DNA from: Balanoglossus misakiensis
Lineage: Eukaryota > Animalia > Hemichordata
Reading direction: 5' to 3'
Length of the DNA stretch: 64,000 nt
Assembly (NCBI GenBank): GCA_040954595.2
Contig: CM082584.2
Span: 1,705,344-1,769,343 of the forward strand
Each line of letters starts with the position of its first letter. The stretch's first letter is position 1. Both the position numbers and the translations under genes were made by a program. Positions 42,201 through 54,594 of the stretch are shown here, one piece after another. A model generated the notes under the pieces. It worked only from the letters and a program-made list of their open reading frames with translations, searched no databases and had not been told where the DNA came from.

Positions 42201-45200
42201 TGACTCGTTGCTTTGCAACTCGTCAAAATACGGACATCACGAGAATGCGTCGCGTTATCGACCAAAATTCGTGTAATAACCCCTTTATCATACATGCCTA
42301 CCTATAAAACAGTACGATTTGCGAAAATGCGCCAAGAAAAACAATTTCAAATTTGAACGGGCGCCCTGGGATCACGGCAGTAGCCATGTTGTGACGTATG
42401 ACGTGTGGGCCGTAGTATCATTTTAAGGGGGTTGGCAGCTTTCACTACGATGGGCACATCCGCATTCAAAATAAAATTGTCTACGTTCTCTTTCAAACTA
42501 TCATGTTAACAATTATTTTGCATTGAGAATTTCGAAGAAGTAAAAATGATACATTCAACATGGCAAAACAGGCAACTTTGAAAACATTATTATAGCTTCT
42601 AATAACCGAATTTTACAACACTGCTCTCCACTAGCGTCCTATGCCCCGTACGTAGCTCGCACGCGCAGCGAACTGTCGTGCCGAGCGTTCTCAAAAATAG
42701 TTCGAGACGCGGAGTGAAGATATATTGCACTCAGTGTAATACCGTAAAATATCTTCGGGACGAGAACAATAGAAAGTGCCAAATACGGGCGTTGCATGTA
42801 TGATAAAACAAAATATCCTACAAAATATAAAAGTTTTGAATTACCTATAATTTGATTCCATTATAATTCTAAATAAGCCAATCCTATTAACTTAAATTTT
42901 AAAGTAATCAGCCTTACACTTTCTGGGAAATATAATTTTTCAAAATTGGAAAATATGCCCCCAAAATACAAGATATTGCCCACACAAAAGATTGACACTT
43001 TCATCATTGGTTTTGTAAATTATCATGACAACTCAGGAAGGAACCTTTAAATCAAATTTGAAAGCAATGGAGTAGAGGGTTCTGAGAATGAATTTTGAAC
43101 AAAAATGGTTAAAATCACCACAAAAATATACTATTGAATTCTTCAAGTTGATTTGAACATGCATGCAAATTTCCAAAGCGATCTTACGAGCGGTTTTACA
43201 GGAAAAAATGATCAAAAATGTAAAAATTGCTCCAAAATTATAATTATGCAAATTTTGCAGCAATTTAAACAAAACTTTAGTATCTCAGATCACCTATATG
43301 AAGCTCCATACTAAATTTCAAAGCGGTGGGCTGATTAATTCCAGAAAGTAGGTTTTATTACCAAATATGTGGAAAAAGACAAAATATGCATAAAAAATGG
43401 AAAATTCACAGTATTAGCTCAAAACATACAGAATCATTATGACCAGTGGTTGTTGATTTTCTGAGTTTTGACCAAATTTAGGTTTTTCCCTGATAATTTA
43501 CATATTTTGGGCAATGACAACTTTGTTTGAACAAACTCCCATCTACAGCCCGGTATGCATCTACACAACAAATATCGAGGTTGTACGCGCAGTGGTTTTC
43601 AAGTTTTTGATGTGGACGGACATACACGCATACATCCATACAGATGCAACCAATCTCATAAGGTCCCAATCAAACAGAACATACTGTTCATCACAATTGT
43701 CTTCTGATTGGAATCTAACAAATACTGATCCTCACCTGAAATCAAAGAGACAGACAAAAGCACTTATTTTGTCAGAATATTTATTTTATGTATGCAAAAA
43801 TCCTAACATGACATTTCTGTCTACTTGTTTAGCATGATGGGAAAATTGTTAGAATAAAAATATTAAAGATATTTCTTCCTAATACTGCATATAATATCTA
43901 AATACTGTAGCAGTCTTGAAAGTACAATGAAATGTTTGTCAAAAGCTCTTCTTAAGGACTGCGTAACATACAGAACTCTCAGTACAAAAAAGCAATATGT
44001 GGAAAATACCAACTTAGCATCTTATGCAATATGAAAGCTATGGAGGAATGGCGTCCCCTTCAGCACTATACATGATTCTACAGCCTCATGGGGTCATTAT
44101 TCACACACACATAAAATGAATGGCTGATTACATGAAATATTTTCGAAAGTTGTCACAGAAGGCTCTTGTTTTTGTTAACATAAAATGATAGGAAATTCAA
44201 GAAATGTAGAAAGCAATGACATGTGAATATTGATATTAAAAATGTGATTTTAATAATATGGCAACTATGGTCACTTCCATATAACAGACTATATTTCTTA
44301 ACATGCATGTAATAGTTTGATTCTAACATGCTTGTCACGCTGTTCACCAAACACAAAACACACCAAAGTGGTTTATATGTTTCACAAGACATATGCCTAT
44401 AACAGGGACATCATCAGTTCATACGTATGGCCAGTCTGGCTACAGAGGTGAACTGACAAAGTATATGCATGGGATTCTTTTATATCCTGTTGGTCACGTG
44501 ACCAGTTTATATATTTTCTGCTATTTCCCTAGAGGGATTCATAGTCGATTCTATTTTCTTATCACGTGACGGATTCTGGTGAATCATGACACAGTGTTAG
44601 CATGATGTATGTTATAAATACACATATTACATACATACCGGTATTCAAATGAACTAATGGTTCTGTCCAAATCCATTGTTTCTGTTGGAAAAGTTGGATG
44701 TCTACACAGGGAACTGGGGGTGAAAGGTGAGAGTGCTAAGAAAAAAGGCTGATGGTGATTTTCCATTATAATCTAACCTGTATACATGTGTGTGCTTAAT
44801 CTTTCCCAATAATGCTGACACACAACAAGTTAATTGTTTTACAAAACTCTCCTTGAGAGTCAAATGAAGGCACCTGATATAAGCCCAAAGACTTCATTCT
44901 TTTCCACACACCACTTTTCTCTTTTCATAGAGCTCCATTTCAAATTGTGTACACAAACAATGTCACTGCCCAAGCCCAAACTTTCAAATTACAATGTGAC
45001 ATTTCAAAACACTGTTAGACTTTCCAATGAAACATTAACTCTGGATCGGTATCCATTCAAATAAGTGACAGCCCCGGGGTTACATTGTTGTTAATTTTGT
45101 TATAATGGTGATATTTAATTGTTTGGCTTTAACAAAAATTATGACATGGACGTATAACCGGTTATGTCCACACATATGTCGTGAGTTCAGCTTCTATCTA

Positions 45201-46772
45201 ATTTCATAATAAATTATTCAACAACAAAAATAGAAAATGAACATCAAGAGCTAGTGACTTTGTGGCTTTCACAAGATAAATATACATTGCCCCATGCTAG
45301 AGTGTGATATTAACACGTCTTATACAATCTACAAATCTCTGTATATAACCAAACACATTCATTATAGCTGCATTAGTTGGGTCACAGATAATCTGGAACC
45401 AGATAGGCTGACCTGAGCAATCCATGTTTTTGCAAGTGTTGTATTGTCACTGTTATAGTGTGACTTCTTTGGTGTAATGCTCCAATGAACACACGAGTTT
45501 CAATTGGATAGATAAATGACCAATAACACAAAGTCTGTGATTGGGTAATACAAATGATTGGTATACAACTGGAATTTCTGACACTCAAAGAGCTGTCTAC
45601 TGCTCTCTTCCCTGAGGGAGCGATAGAGAGTAACTTTAGAGATACATTCTCCAATGATCAGGAGTTAATAAGGTATTAGTCTAGTATATACCTGTATTTT
45701 ATCTGCTTTGCTTTCAAAAAACTATGCATGCCACTGGCCAAATAAAGCATAATATCCCTTGCAGGGAATCGTGATGTAATTAGCATCCCTTTGAAGTCAA
45801 TCACAGACTTTGTTTTTCCAATGATTGGTCAAAGGATACATATGTGTGATTAAGGATTGGTACCATTTTAAATTTAAATTAGCCTTGCCTTTACTATAAC
45901 CTTACACACAATCGCCATTGTTCAGTTAATGTCAGTGACTTTAAGGCGGATGCTAGTTACATCACAATTCCCAGCAAGAGCTATCAGGCTTTATTGGGCC
46001 AGTGGCATGCATGACTCTTGATGTTAGTTTTGGAAGTGGAAAAAATATGGCTATATACTGTAAAACATGAAATTTTCGCAACGGGAAATTTTCATAATAT
46101 CAAATGTGGCAACTGTTATGCAACGATTAATTATGGCATTCTCGAATTTCAATTCATCATTATTTCTGAAAAACATGTTTACGCGACTTTTTAGTTTTCG
46201 TGTTTTTTTAGCACTTGCATGATTCGGGCGAATTTATCTCTCATGAAAATTTCCCATTTTACATACATCCTAAGTATCTTTTTTTCACACCAGAAGACAA
46301 TGCACAGTTGCTTTGTGTATGGCAGACTTTGTATTACAATAGACACTGACAACTAGTTACATCCGCCCGGCATACAAATATGGTTATATTGAAATAGGGC
46401 ATTGTGATGGAAACAATGTAAAGCTAATGCAAGAATTAGTACAGACCGAGTATATTCTGTTACTACACTGGAATAACAATTTCGTGTTATTTGATCTGTT
46501 TCGAAATTATTTTTTTTTAAATCAAGGAACACTGAAGAATGAGTGGAGGTGATAGCTTTGGAATGGATATGTCTGTATACAGTAAATGAGAGTGATAAAT
46601 ATTCCAAATCCCCAACACTCGACTGTCTGGAATATTTGAAAATTCCCGCATACCTTGTGAAATTTTTGGACATTTCTTTGGGCATCTGTGTTTCATTTAG
46701 TATATAGAAGTTACAATGGTAATAAAGGCATGAACAGTCTCCTGTTCATTATAGTCAGTTTCCTGTATAAAT

Positions 46773-47042
46773 TTATTGATTCAGAATATCAAAAAATCTC
46801 CTGTCATCAGCCAGCAGAGTACTACTTGATTGTTGCTGTGTTTGTTGCAAGCTGGGTGCCAAGCCCATCTGAGGTACCTTTGGTCGCGGCCTTGGCTGTT
46901 GTCCTAGTTACAGCTGTTGTTGTTGTTGTTGTGATAACTGCTGCTGTTGTTGTTGTTGTTGTTGTCATGTTTGTTTTGTTGCTGCTGTTTGTTGTTTTGG
47001 TGGTGGAATGGTTGCTTGTGTTCTGCTGGCTTGTTGTTGCTG
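46773..47042 (-). pseudogene. MED25: Disabled terminal exon of a polyQ protein, MED25-like C-terminus
   Basis: Acceptor ttttgtttgtattcaactgcAG. Phase-0 frame QQQQASRTQATIPPPKQQTAATKQT*QQQQQQQQQLSQQQQQQL*LGQQPRPRPKVPQMGLAPSLQQTQQQSSSTLLADDRRFFDILNQ*. Mixed CAA/CAG codons identify the Q frame. Internal stops at 46965-46967 and 46908-46910. Confidence 0.5.
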
Positions 47043-48190
47043 CTGCAGTTGAATACAAACAAAACAGTTTTCTTTTAAAGTCACTTCACAGAAAATGGCA
47101 ATGTATCAGGCGACATCTCTTTTTAATTTTCTTCACATTTGTCAATCAGACTGAAATTTAGGGCGGCATATAGTAACTGTACAATGGGAAATTGATTTAA
47201 GCTGTGTCTAAAATTTGATGGTTAGTTTCAGGACCGCCGTTGACCTAATTAATTATGTACACTCCTAATTCTAGGCTAACCAATAGATCTAGAAGTTTCG
47301 ATTTTGTAGGACATAGATCAGTTTAGGATCAAAACTTTTTGACAAAATTGTGGGTATCCACAGCAGATAATCCTTGGCATTCTGTAGGAACCCTGGGAAT
47401 TGCTTTGGCCTAGTGAACACTGCTTGCAGCTTTAATTCACTATGTAATCAGATGCTGACATTTTGAAAAGAATATGATTTGAATTCTAAGCAGAGTTTTG
47501 TTAAAGGGTGTTGATCGTCTAACGCACACTTGCCAAAGCAGAGACTCTAGTTATACTTTTTTTATCTATGCCACAAGTGCTGTCTTAACAACAGACAAGG
47601 TGGCGGCAACCATAGTCTGTGTCATAGATTAGGAAAAGACAGCAAATTGAGTGAAAAGAAGAGTCAAAACTAAATTCTTCTTATATGGCGTGCAAGAAAT
47701 ATAGAAGGAAGCGAAGGCAGTCCACTATATGAATGCACGCACATAAAATTTGCAGATATTTGGATTGGACGTTATTTTGTACACACAAAATTAACGCATA
47801 TGTACATAAGAGTAAGATGATTGTCGTCATTTAAAACTGTCTGCCACAGTTTATCATCAGTGCTTCCACACTGGTACCATGGAAAAACTAGAGGAATTGA
47901 AAATAAGAATGAGACAAGATTTGTTGTATTTCGTTGTCTGTAATTTAGGTCTGCTTTCATTCCAGCTTTTCCCCACACTAAAACTGAACAGGTTGGACTG
48001 ATCATGAGTTTGGACTGATTGCATAAAAAGTATTTCAAAAAGGGAGGAGGCTCCACACACCAGACTATTTTTGTTTATGTACATGACTTACACATGTGGG
48101 GGTTGTCAACTTGATGAAATAGACATTCTCTAGATTTCCAATTGTTATAGTAGTGTACGTAAACAAGAAAAGTAAACTCATGAATATTAA

Positions 48191-48245
48191 TAGATGTGGT
48201 GTGTATGGCCGATTTGAGGCAAATCGGCCATACCCACCACGTCTA
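48191..48245. repeat. Near-perfect hairpin, 26-bp arms, 3-nt loop (probably the end of a non-autonomous element)
   Basis: TAGATGTGGTGTGTATGGCCGATTTG-agg-CAAATCGGCCATACCCACCACGTCTA, with 24/26 positions complementary. Confidence 0.9.
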
Positions 48246-48494
48246 AATCTGTGTGGGGAAAAGTTGTCATGTTGGGCAAATAGTGCATTGAATTTATTCT
48301 GTGTGACTTTCAGGTCTTCAATACATTAAAATAATTTTGGGAATGGCACAGACCAATGTTATTTGTACCATCAAGAAAGCTCCTTTTTGAGAAAACTGAT
48401 TTTATTTTTCCCCACATAACAATTCCCAGAAGTGCCACTGGTACCAGTCTTGGTTTTCAAAATATTCACTGTACACATTATTATGACAACTTAC

Positions 48495-48738
48495 TTGTAA
48501 GAGGTGACTTAGTTGTTGATTTGTTGATTGTATATTGGATGGCTGTGCTTGCACTGCTTGTTGTTGTTGTTGTTGGGCTCTCTGTTGTTGTAACCTTTGT
48601 AATTGCTGTTGTTGTTGATGTTGTTGTCTTAGTGCTATGAGTGGACTTTGTCTGGCATGTTGATCTTGCTGTTGTTTCAATTCAAGTTCTTTTTTTCTGT
48701 GCCATCTCTAGATTCTTCTGCAGTGCTTGAATATTCCT
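48495..48738 (-). pseudogene. MED25: Frameshifted exon of a MED25-like protein (coiled segment, polyQ, LxxLL NR box)
   Basis: Strong acceptor ttttctttgtttgatctttcAG and donor GTAAGT; 244 bp = 81 codons + 1. Removing one base from the 7-nt homopolymer at 48690-48696 gives RNIQALQKNLEMAQKKELELKQQQDQHARQSPLIALRQQHQQQQQLQRLQQQRAQQQQQQAVQAQPSNIQSTNQQLSHLLQ. NQQLSHLLQ resembles the MED25 NR box (NxxLRxLL); recognised from memory. Confidence 0.55.
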
Positions 48739-49840
48739 CTGAAAGATCAAACAAAGAAAAGTGTAAACAGTCAAACATTGTCATGTGTGTCAATCTACCT
48801 ACAGGTAACTGACTACAGGAGCTTCAGCCAATCCAAGCTTTTCACTTGAAATCAATTTAAAACTCAGTAACTCCAACTTCGGGTTATTTTCTCAATACTT
48901 TTGTTTTGGTGGTCACCTTTCATTGAACAATGAATGGGCAAGTGCTCGCTCACTTCTTCAGTGAATTTCACCGTTTGTTTATCTTATCATAAACACTTGG
49001 GCACCGCAGTCCTTTGGACAAAATTATTCATGTGTGGTGATTTAAAATCAATGCTGCAAGAAGCAGAATTAATCACAGGATTAACGGCTTCTGATTGAAA
49101 AATACTAAATGCTTAATATGCCATATGCCGCATACAGAGTGATCACATTAGTCAATTGGACCGCTGTTCAAAATGGCTAAAATGATGGCAACGTTTTAAT
49201 ATTATATTTATTTTACAAAACCTTGCATCTGAGCTTTACTTTAAAGTACTTCCATTTACTAGTAGTACAAGTACACATCAGTTAACATTGACAGCTAGGC
49301 ATGACATCATAGATGTAGGACTTCAAAATGGACATTCTGAACAGTTGTTGCGCTCTATCATGGTGGGATTTAATGAACATGTGTATTTAATTTCATCACT
49401 CAGATTTGTCCATGGAAACTGTGTATTTTAACATACGCTTATAGTTAATGCATTTGCTGTATCTAGTCATATTACAGTAATACACCAGACATATTCTTAA
49501 CTCAACTCAATGTGTGTAAGTTCAATTTCTGACCACACTCAGATTACCCAAGTACATGTGACCAACTCTACTGCAAGTATAAAGACTTGAACTCCGGAAA
49601 ACTAGTCACCTACAATACTTGAAATGGAGCCACATCCAAAACTTGACTTTGAGATCTTTTATGAAATCAGTTTTCCTTTTAGAATTAGAACTCCCATGCA
49701 ATTTTTGTGACAGAAGAAATAAAGAGATTCCCAGAAAAAAAACAGTTTCCTCTTTAAAGATCCAGCCTTACCATAGAAAATAAAGGGTTTAGACTGAACC
49801 ATGGTGGTGAAAGGGTTAAGCCAGAGCATGTATCAAAATA

Positions 49841-50010
49841 CAGTAAAACCTGTCTCAACCGAACCCTGTCTAATCTGGAAACATGTCTATTTCAAAGACA
49901 TTGTTCAAACCTTTTGACATAGAACCACATGTTGAAAGAACCTCTTTAAATTGGACACCTGCAATCTGAACAATTTCTTCAGTCCCTTTGGTGTTAGACG
50001 GGTTTGACTG
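49841..50010. mobile_element. Tc1/mariner-type MITE
   Basis: TA|CAGTAAAACCTGTCT ... AGACGGGTTTGACTG|TA (13/15 TIR match, TA TSD). Confidence 0.8.
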
Positions 50011-50494
50011 TACTTGAAAGTGCAATTGAACAAAAATGCTAAAACTATAATTGCAGACAGTCAGAATTTTTAGGCTCAGGGCATCATTTACATAGTTCCC
50101 AGTAGTCCATTTCTCTATGTACAAAATTTTAATAAAACATTGCTATGCAGTCATGTTACCCTTCCACGACACGAACACGAGGCAAGTTGGTCACAAAGTA
50201 AAAACTTGATTGTCTTTTGTATCAACACTATAGTTGAAACTTATGTACTTGGACAGCCACATTTTATTGTAAGGTCAGTTTTACACACAACTTGTACATG
50301 TATCATGTATACAACAAACTAGATGAGCTCGAGCAGTACTCTACTGACCGCCTTTTTCACATTGTCTGCATTGAGATGACACTTTATTTTGGAAGGCTGC
50401 CCTCTTTATGAAAAATGTCCTGATTGTGTTACACGTAAAACATACAGAAATCAACACAAGTGTCTATTGTGGCTAGTGAAGGGACTTTTCTAAA

Positions 50495-50653
50495 CTGGCC
50501 TTTATAGATAGGTGGCCATTATACCTTGTAGAAATTATACCTTGTAGAAAAGTCAATTAATGTAGATGTAAATTGCATAGGGACTAGAATAAAGTGGCCA
50601 CTATATAGAGGTGGCTGCCTAATAAAGGTGGCCACTCACACAGGTTTGACTGT
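50495..50653. mobile_element. Partial mariner-type MITE (right end)
   Basis: Repeated AGGTGGCC subterminal motifs ending in CAGGTTTGACTGT, the same terminus type as at 50010. Confidence 0.55.
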
Positions 50654-50797
50654 TTTTTTATTTGTGTCATGAATAGCAGACATTTACCAATGACTGATTG
50701 TACAATATATGATTTCAGTGTCAAATATACATGTATAAGACACTTACATTGTACAAACCCATACATCTTACTTTCTCTCCAAATTGTAGATACTCAC

Positions 50798-50846
50798 CAA
50801 CACATGTATGTTGATTTCTGTGCAACTTAAATCCTGGTCTGCAACT
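50798..50846 (-). pseudogene. Exon encoding the C-terminal half of an EGF-like domain
   Basis: tttttattgcacaacAG|...|GTGAGT; reads SCRPGFKLHRNQHTCV with a phase-1 end. No matching N-terminal half exon was found upstream. Confidence 0.7.
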
Positions 50847-51629
50847 CTGTTGTGCAATAAAAAACCATGTTAGCTGGATAAATTACGAAAGTGATTCCCA
50901 TTTTTCACTGCAGACGTAAATTTTATGAAAATCTGTCCTTAATAGTAGTAGAAGTTTTTAACGTGTTTTCGGTGGTATGTTGGTGACCCCTAAAGAGACG
51001 TCCACAAACGTTTCAAAAATCATTGAAAACGACCTCGGAAGTTAACCAAACTTTCCTGACAGAGAGGTCTAATATCGGTCCGAACATCCGTGAAAAGAAA
51101 TTAATTCGAAATGATTGTGTAACAGTCCGCTTAAAAATAATCAATGTCGTTCGACGATATGACCCGGAAGTATACGTTGACCTCTCCGGCTCCATGTTAG
51201 ACTTGTAAATACAGAAGTGTTGCGTTGATCGTGAAACGATACGTTTACCGTGGGTAAACAGCTTTTGAAAGGCAATTCTTAAGTAAAACAGTTACTAGAT
51301 AATGTATAACACCCTAAGGTAACGTATTAACCAAGTTTTAACTTAATTACTGGCCTGATTTCGACACAACATCGATCAATCGCCTACAAATGTAGGTCCC
51401 ATATGGACAGAATGCCAGGTTTACCATACATGACTATGTACGTGTGAGGAGCTCAGCTGGTGTATTTTTATTTTTTTTCTCCGTATCGTGGCCTGGAATA
51501 TAAGTAGACATTTCGAAAATGCAAAATGCCAACTGTAACTTCAAAACCATTTCCCTTTATTCGCTGATGATATATGCAATAAATATTTGTGTCTGAAGGC
51601 AAGCAATTGTTGTTGTCATCATTGCATTG

Positions 51630-52380
51630 GGCTGAACAGGACAGAGTTTGAGCTGATCAGCTGACTTCAAGTTTCGATTTGGAACATATAATTTGATCAT
51701 ATCAGACAGATATGATGGTCCAAGTCTATGAATGAATTCAAAAATAAGAAATAAAATATTGAAAACAATACGATCAGACACAGGTAACCAATGGAACTGA
51801 AATTGCATTGATGTAAACAGTGATTTTGGAACTAGCAGCAATATTTTGAACTTGAATACGGCTGATCTAGTACTTAGGGAGCCCAAACAAAAGTGAATTA
51901 CACGAATCTATTCGAAATGCAACAAAAGAAGGACCTTTATTGCTCTGTGGCGCCTTGAGATAAATATTTACAGACAAGTGCAATATGCTGCAAATGAAAA
52001 GCGACTGAATGGCAGATCTGTGCAATCATTGTCAGACAACGAACTGGTTTCAGAGCATCGCATGAATTTCTGTAATCCCTCTGGCAGATACATTACCCGA
52101 AGTAGCAGAAAAAATAACAGATTCAGTCTTATCGTTATTTAAACACAAGACATTTTCAGACATCCAGTAGCGACATCAGAAATACAACGTTCAAGATTTG
52201 AAAGCATTCTGGGAGCATTCTTCTTGGTAAAAGACAATGAAGAGCCATCTGCATAAAAGCTATATACAGGCATCCATGACTAGAAACTAATTCACCTAAT
52301 GGAGAAGTGTACATATTAAAAAGTATAGGACAAAGAACTGATCCCTGTGTTACCCCAGTGTCAAGCGGATAAAATGGTGA
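51630..52380 (-). mobile_element. Decayed L2-clade LINE ORF2 fragments
   Basis: GVTQGSVLCPILFNMYTSPL...FYADG (RT motifs, ~52245-52360) and FHWLPVSDRIVFNILFLIFEFIHRLGPSYLSDMIKLYVPNRNLKS (L2 C-terminal signature, ~51650-51800). Confidence 0.85.
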
Positions 52381-53406
52381 TTATTTGGAACACGGTTATA
52401 GTAACCATGTCTGAAATTAACACATACACACTGGGTGCGATTGGAAAGGTATGACTGAAACCACAATAGGGCTGTAACCCCCAAGAGACCAAATCAATTT
52501 CTTTGATGATTCATTAAATGTCATCACAGTCACCATCATTGGAATCACAATCACCATTCTTTGAATTATCAGTTTGTTTTTCTTCCGTCCAGTTATATTC
52601 ATCAGTCAGTTCGTCAAAGTCAGAATCAGTCTCGTAAATATTTCGCTCTTCTTCTCTTAAAATGTCAAATTCATGTGACTCCTCCTGTAAAATTGCATCA
52701 ATGCTATTTTCCATATTATGATGTTCAGTATCAGTGATTGGTGATGGTGATTCTAATAGTGGTGACTTATCTGTATATTTTGGGCATACCCCATACTTTT
52801 TCGATGTGGTACAGAATCCAGGGTTCCCATTATGTGGATTACTGAAGTCATTGCATTGACGCGCAGGGCCACAACCATTATGGGTCTTATAACATTTACA
52901 ACATCTGCTATTACAAGTTGGCATATTTTTGCAGCCACACCCTTTTGTTAGCAACTCCAAATTATTTTTCACTTTTTCTAAATTGGCATCACTGTCCCAA
53001 ATAATATCAAGTTCGCTGTTGCTTAGTCTGTATCCATAATTATTGAATAAGGGAAACGTAACATGGCACTGATCGACCTGGGACCATAACAGAGACCCAG
53101 CATGATCTTTTCCAGTGCAGTTGTAGGGCTTCAAAGGAAGGGATACATTCTTCCTCATACTGGATACGTGGCCAAATTGTTTCTCGTATATATGTAAGCC
53201 ATTTGATGTGGTTATCTTTAAGACTGTTAGTGACACTGGCTACTTGTCGATAAAGTTCAAAAGGATGAGATGCATCAAATGCTTGGAAATGTTTCTTAAC
53301 ATAAACACTACCTATTAAACGTATGAAAGCGAAAATTCCATTCCCTACACTGTCTACTGTTGTGTCTATCAGTGTTCCAGGTATAAGGGTGCCACTAGTT
53401 ACAAAT

Positions 53407-53787
53407 TCAGAGTATTGAAAAGAATGTCTTGTAGAAAGATATCTTTCCGATGCCTGCAAAGTATGACACATAGTCACAACCTGTGCATATGAACAGTGTT
53501 TGAAATATTTTGCCTAAATATTGGAGAGGAATATGTTGCAAATCAGGGTCTAAATTTAAATCTGATTTGAATTGATTCATGTCTAAATAAGTGAGATTTG
53601 ATAAATCATTATCAAGTTGTACAAATATCTCCTTTTGAACATGTTGACATAGTACTGGGAGGAGAACATGATAAGTATCAATATCAGGGGAGTAAATAAC
53701 ACCTTTCTTGTAAGAGGACTGAACTGCATGAAGGATGCATCTACTGTCAGCTTCTTCATGACAACTTTTGGCTTCCCACTCAGACAC
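53407..53787 (-). pseudogene. XPG/FEN1-like (PIN + H3TH) nuclease domain fragment of the transposon
   Basis: HEEADSRCILHA, YSPDIDTY, TGCDYVSYFAGIGKISFYK. Confidence 0.85.
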
Positions 53788-54594
53788 AATTCCATAACTA
53801 CCGACGAAAAGACTCTTGTCCCTATTTTCCCCATCAAAGCCACCTGCTGTAATGAGGACATGATCACCTTGCAGAGCCGGTACAATTATTTTTAAAGATG
53901 TGACAAGAAGTTCACTAGTTTTCTCTAGTTTGGCCTACAATTGATGAATTTTCGCCATTCTCGTGGTAGAGGGGTTGAGTCATGAATATCATCTATTTCA
54001 ATCAACTCTTCATTTTTGTTGTCCTACCTGGCACGATGAATATCTTTAGGACTTGTACCGAGTCTATGCGGGTCATCAAATAAAAGATGAACTTCGAAAC
54101 AGAATTGAGTGAAGCGGGGAATAAGCCAACGTCTGACAAAAAAATCGGCATATTGCCCAACATACCGTCTAATATCATAAATTCTGCGCGCCAACCAAAT
54201 GGTAAAAATTCTTGAACCAGTTTGTCATACCGAGCCTTAAAAAACTTGTGACATTAAGAAACTGTGACATTACTTTTTGATCCCTTGTAGGGTAACCCAT
54301 CAGTCATGCATATGGCTCTTGGGAATACAATAAACTGATCTAATGTCTTCACTGGTTCTCCTGATTTTTTTGAGTGTGCAATTTGTAGTTTTAAACAGGC
54401 AGTAATAGTTCAATGGTCTTTGTCACCTTTCTTGGATTTTACTTTTTTCACTATTTTGTTGGCAAATGTTTTCAGCCTTCTTTTTCTTACAGGTGTGTCA
54501 GTGCTTGGCCGATGGAGAATTCTAACATTAATGTATGCCTGTAAATCTTGTTGCCCAATTGTTCTGATTGACAACAAATCTTTTTGGGTGATTT

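Larger units (their letters stand above)
23467..46310. repeat. Five head-to-tail copies of a ~4.47-kb segment (macrosatellite / tandem segmental amplification)
   Basis: TGTCGATAAATCGAGGC starts at 23467, 27936, 32409, 37462 and 41860; the last copy ends ...ATGCACAGTTG at 46310. Unit lengths are 4469, 4473, 5053, 4398 and ~4450. The ORF track repeats accordingly. Confidence 0.99.

Noticed and set aside
23687-45654. Recurrent 60-107 aa ORFs in the 4.47-kb units as a tandem gene family
   Set aside because: No recognisable domains; they overlap MITE/HINE sequence and are broken by indels between copies. They recur only because the DNA is repeated.
46822-47058. Thr-rich ORF as the original mucin gene
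   Set aside because: Variation falls at the third position of CAA/CAG codons and the upstream exon is in phase with the Q frame, so Q is the ancestral frame.
46688-48640. Plus-strand Val/Leu-rich 'membrane protein' ORFs (46688-47161, 48356-48640)
   Set aside because: They are antisense readings of (CAA/CAG)n; the splice signals are on the minus strand.
49790-49820. piggyBac-like end ...GAAAGGG|TTAA
   Set aside because: No matching left terminus was found, so it is not supportable as an element.
52400-52520. Terminal inverted repeat of the Academ element
   Set aside because: No convincing inverted match was found by eye near 59300-59700; the element is probably truncated.
53407-53787. Host FEN1/XPG/EXO1 gene
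   Set aside because: The domain is collinear with transposase motifs and a CXC tail, which is the AcademX arrangement.
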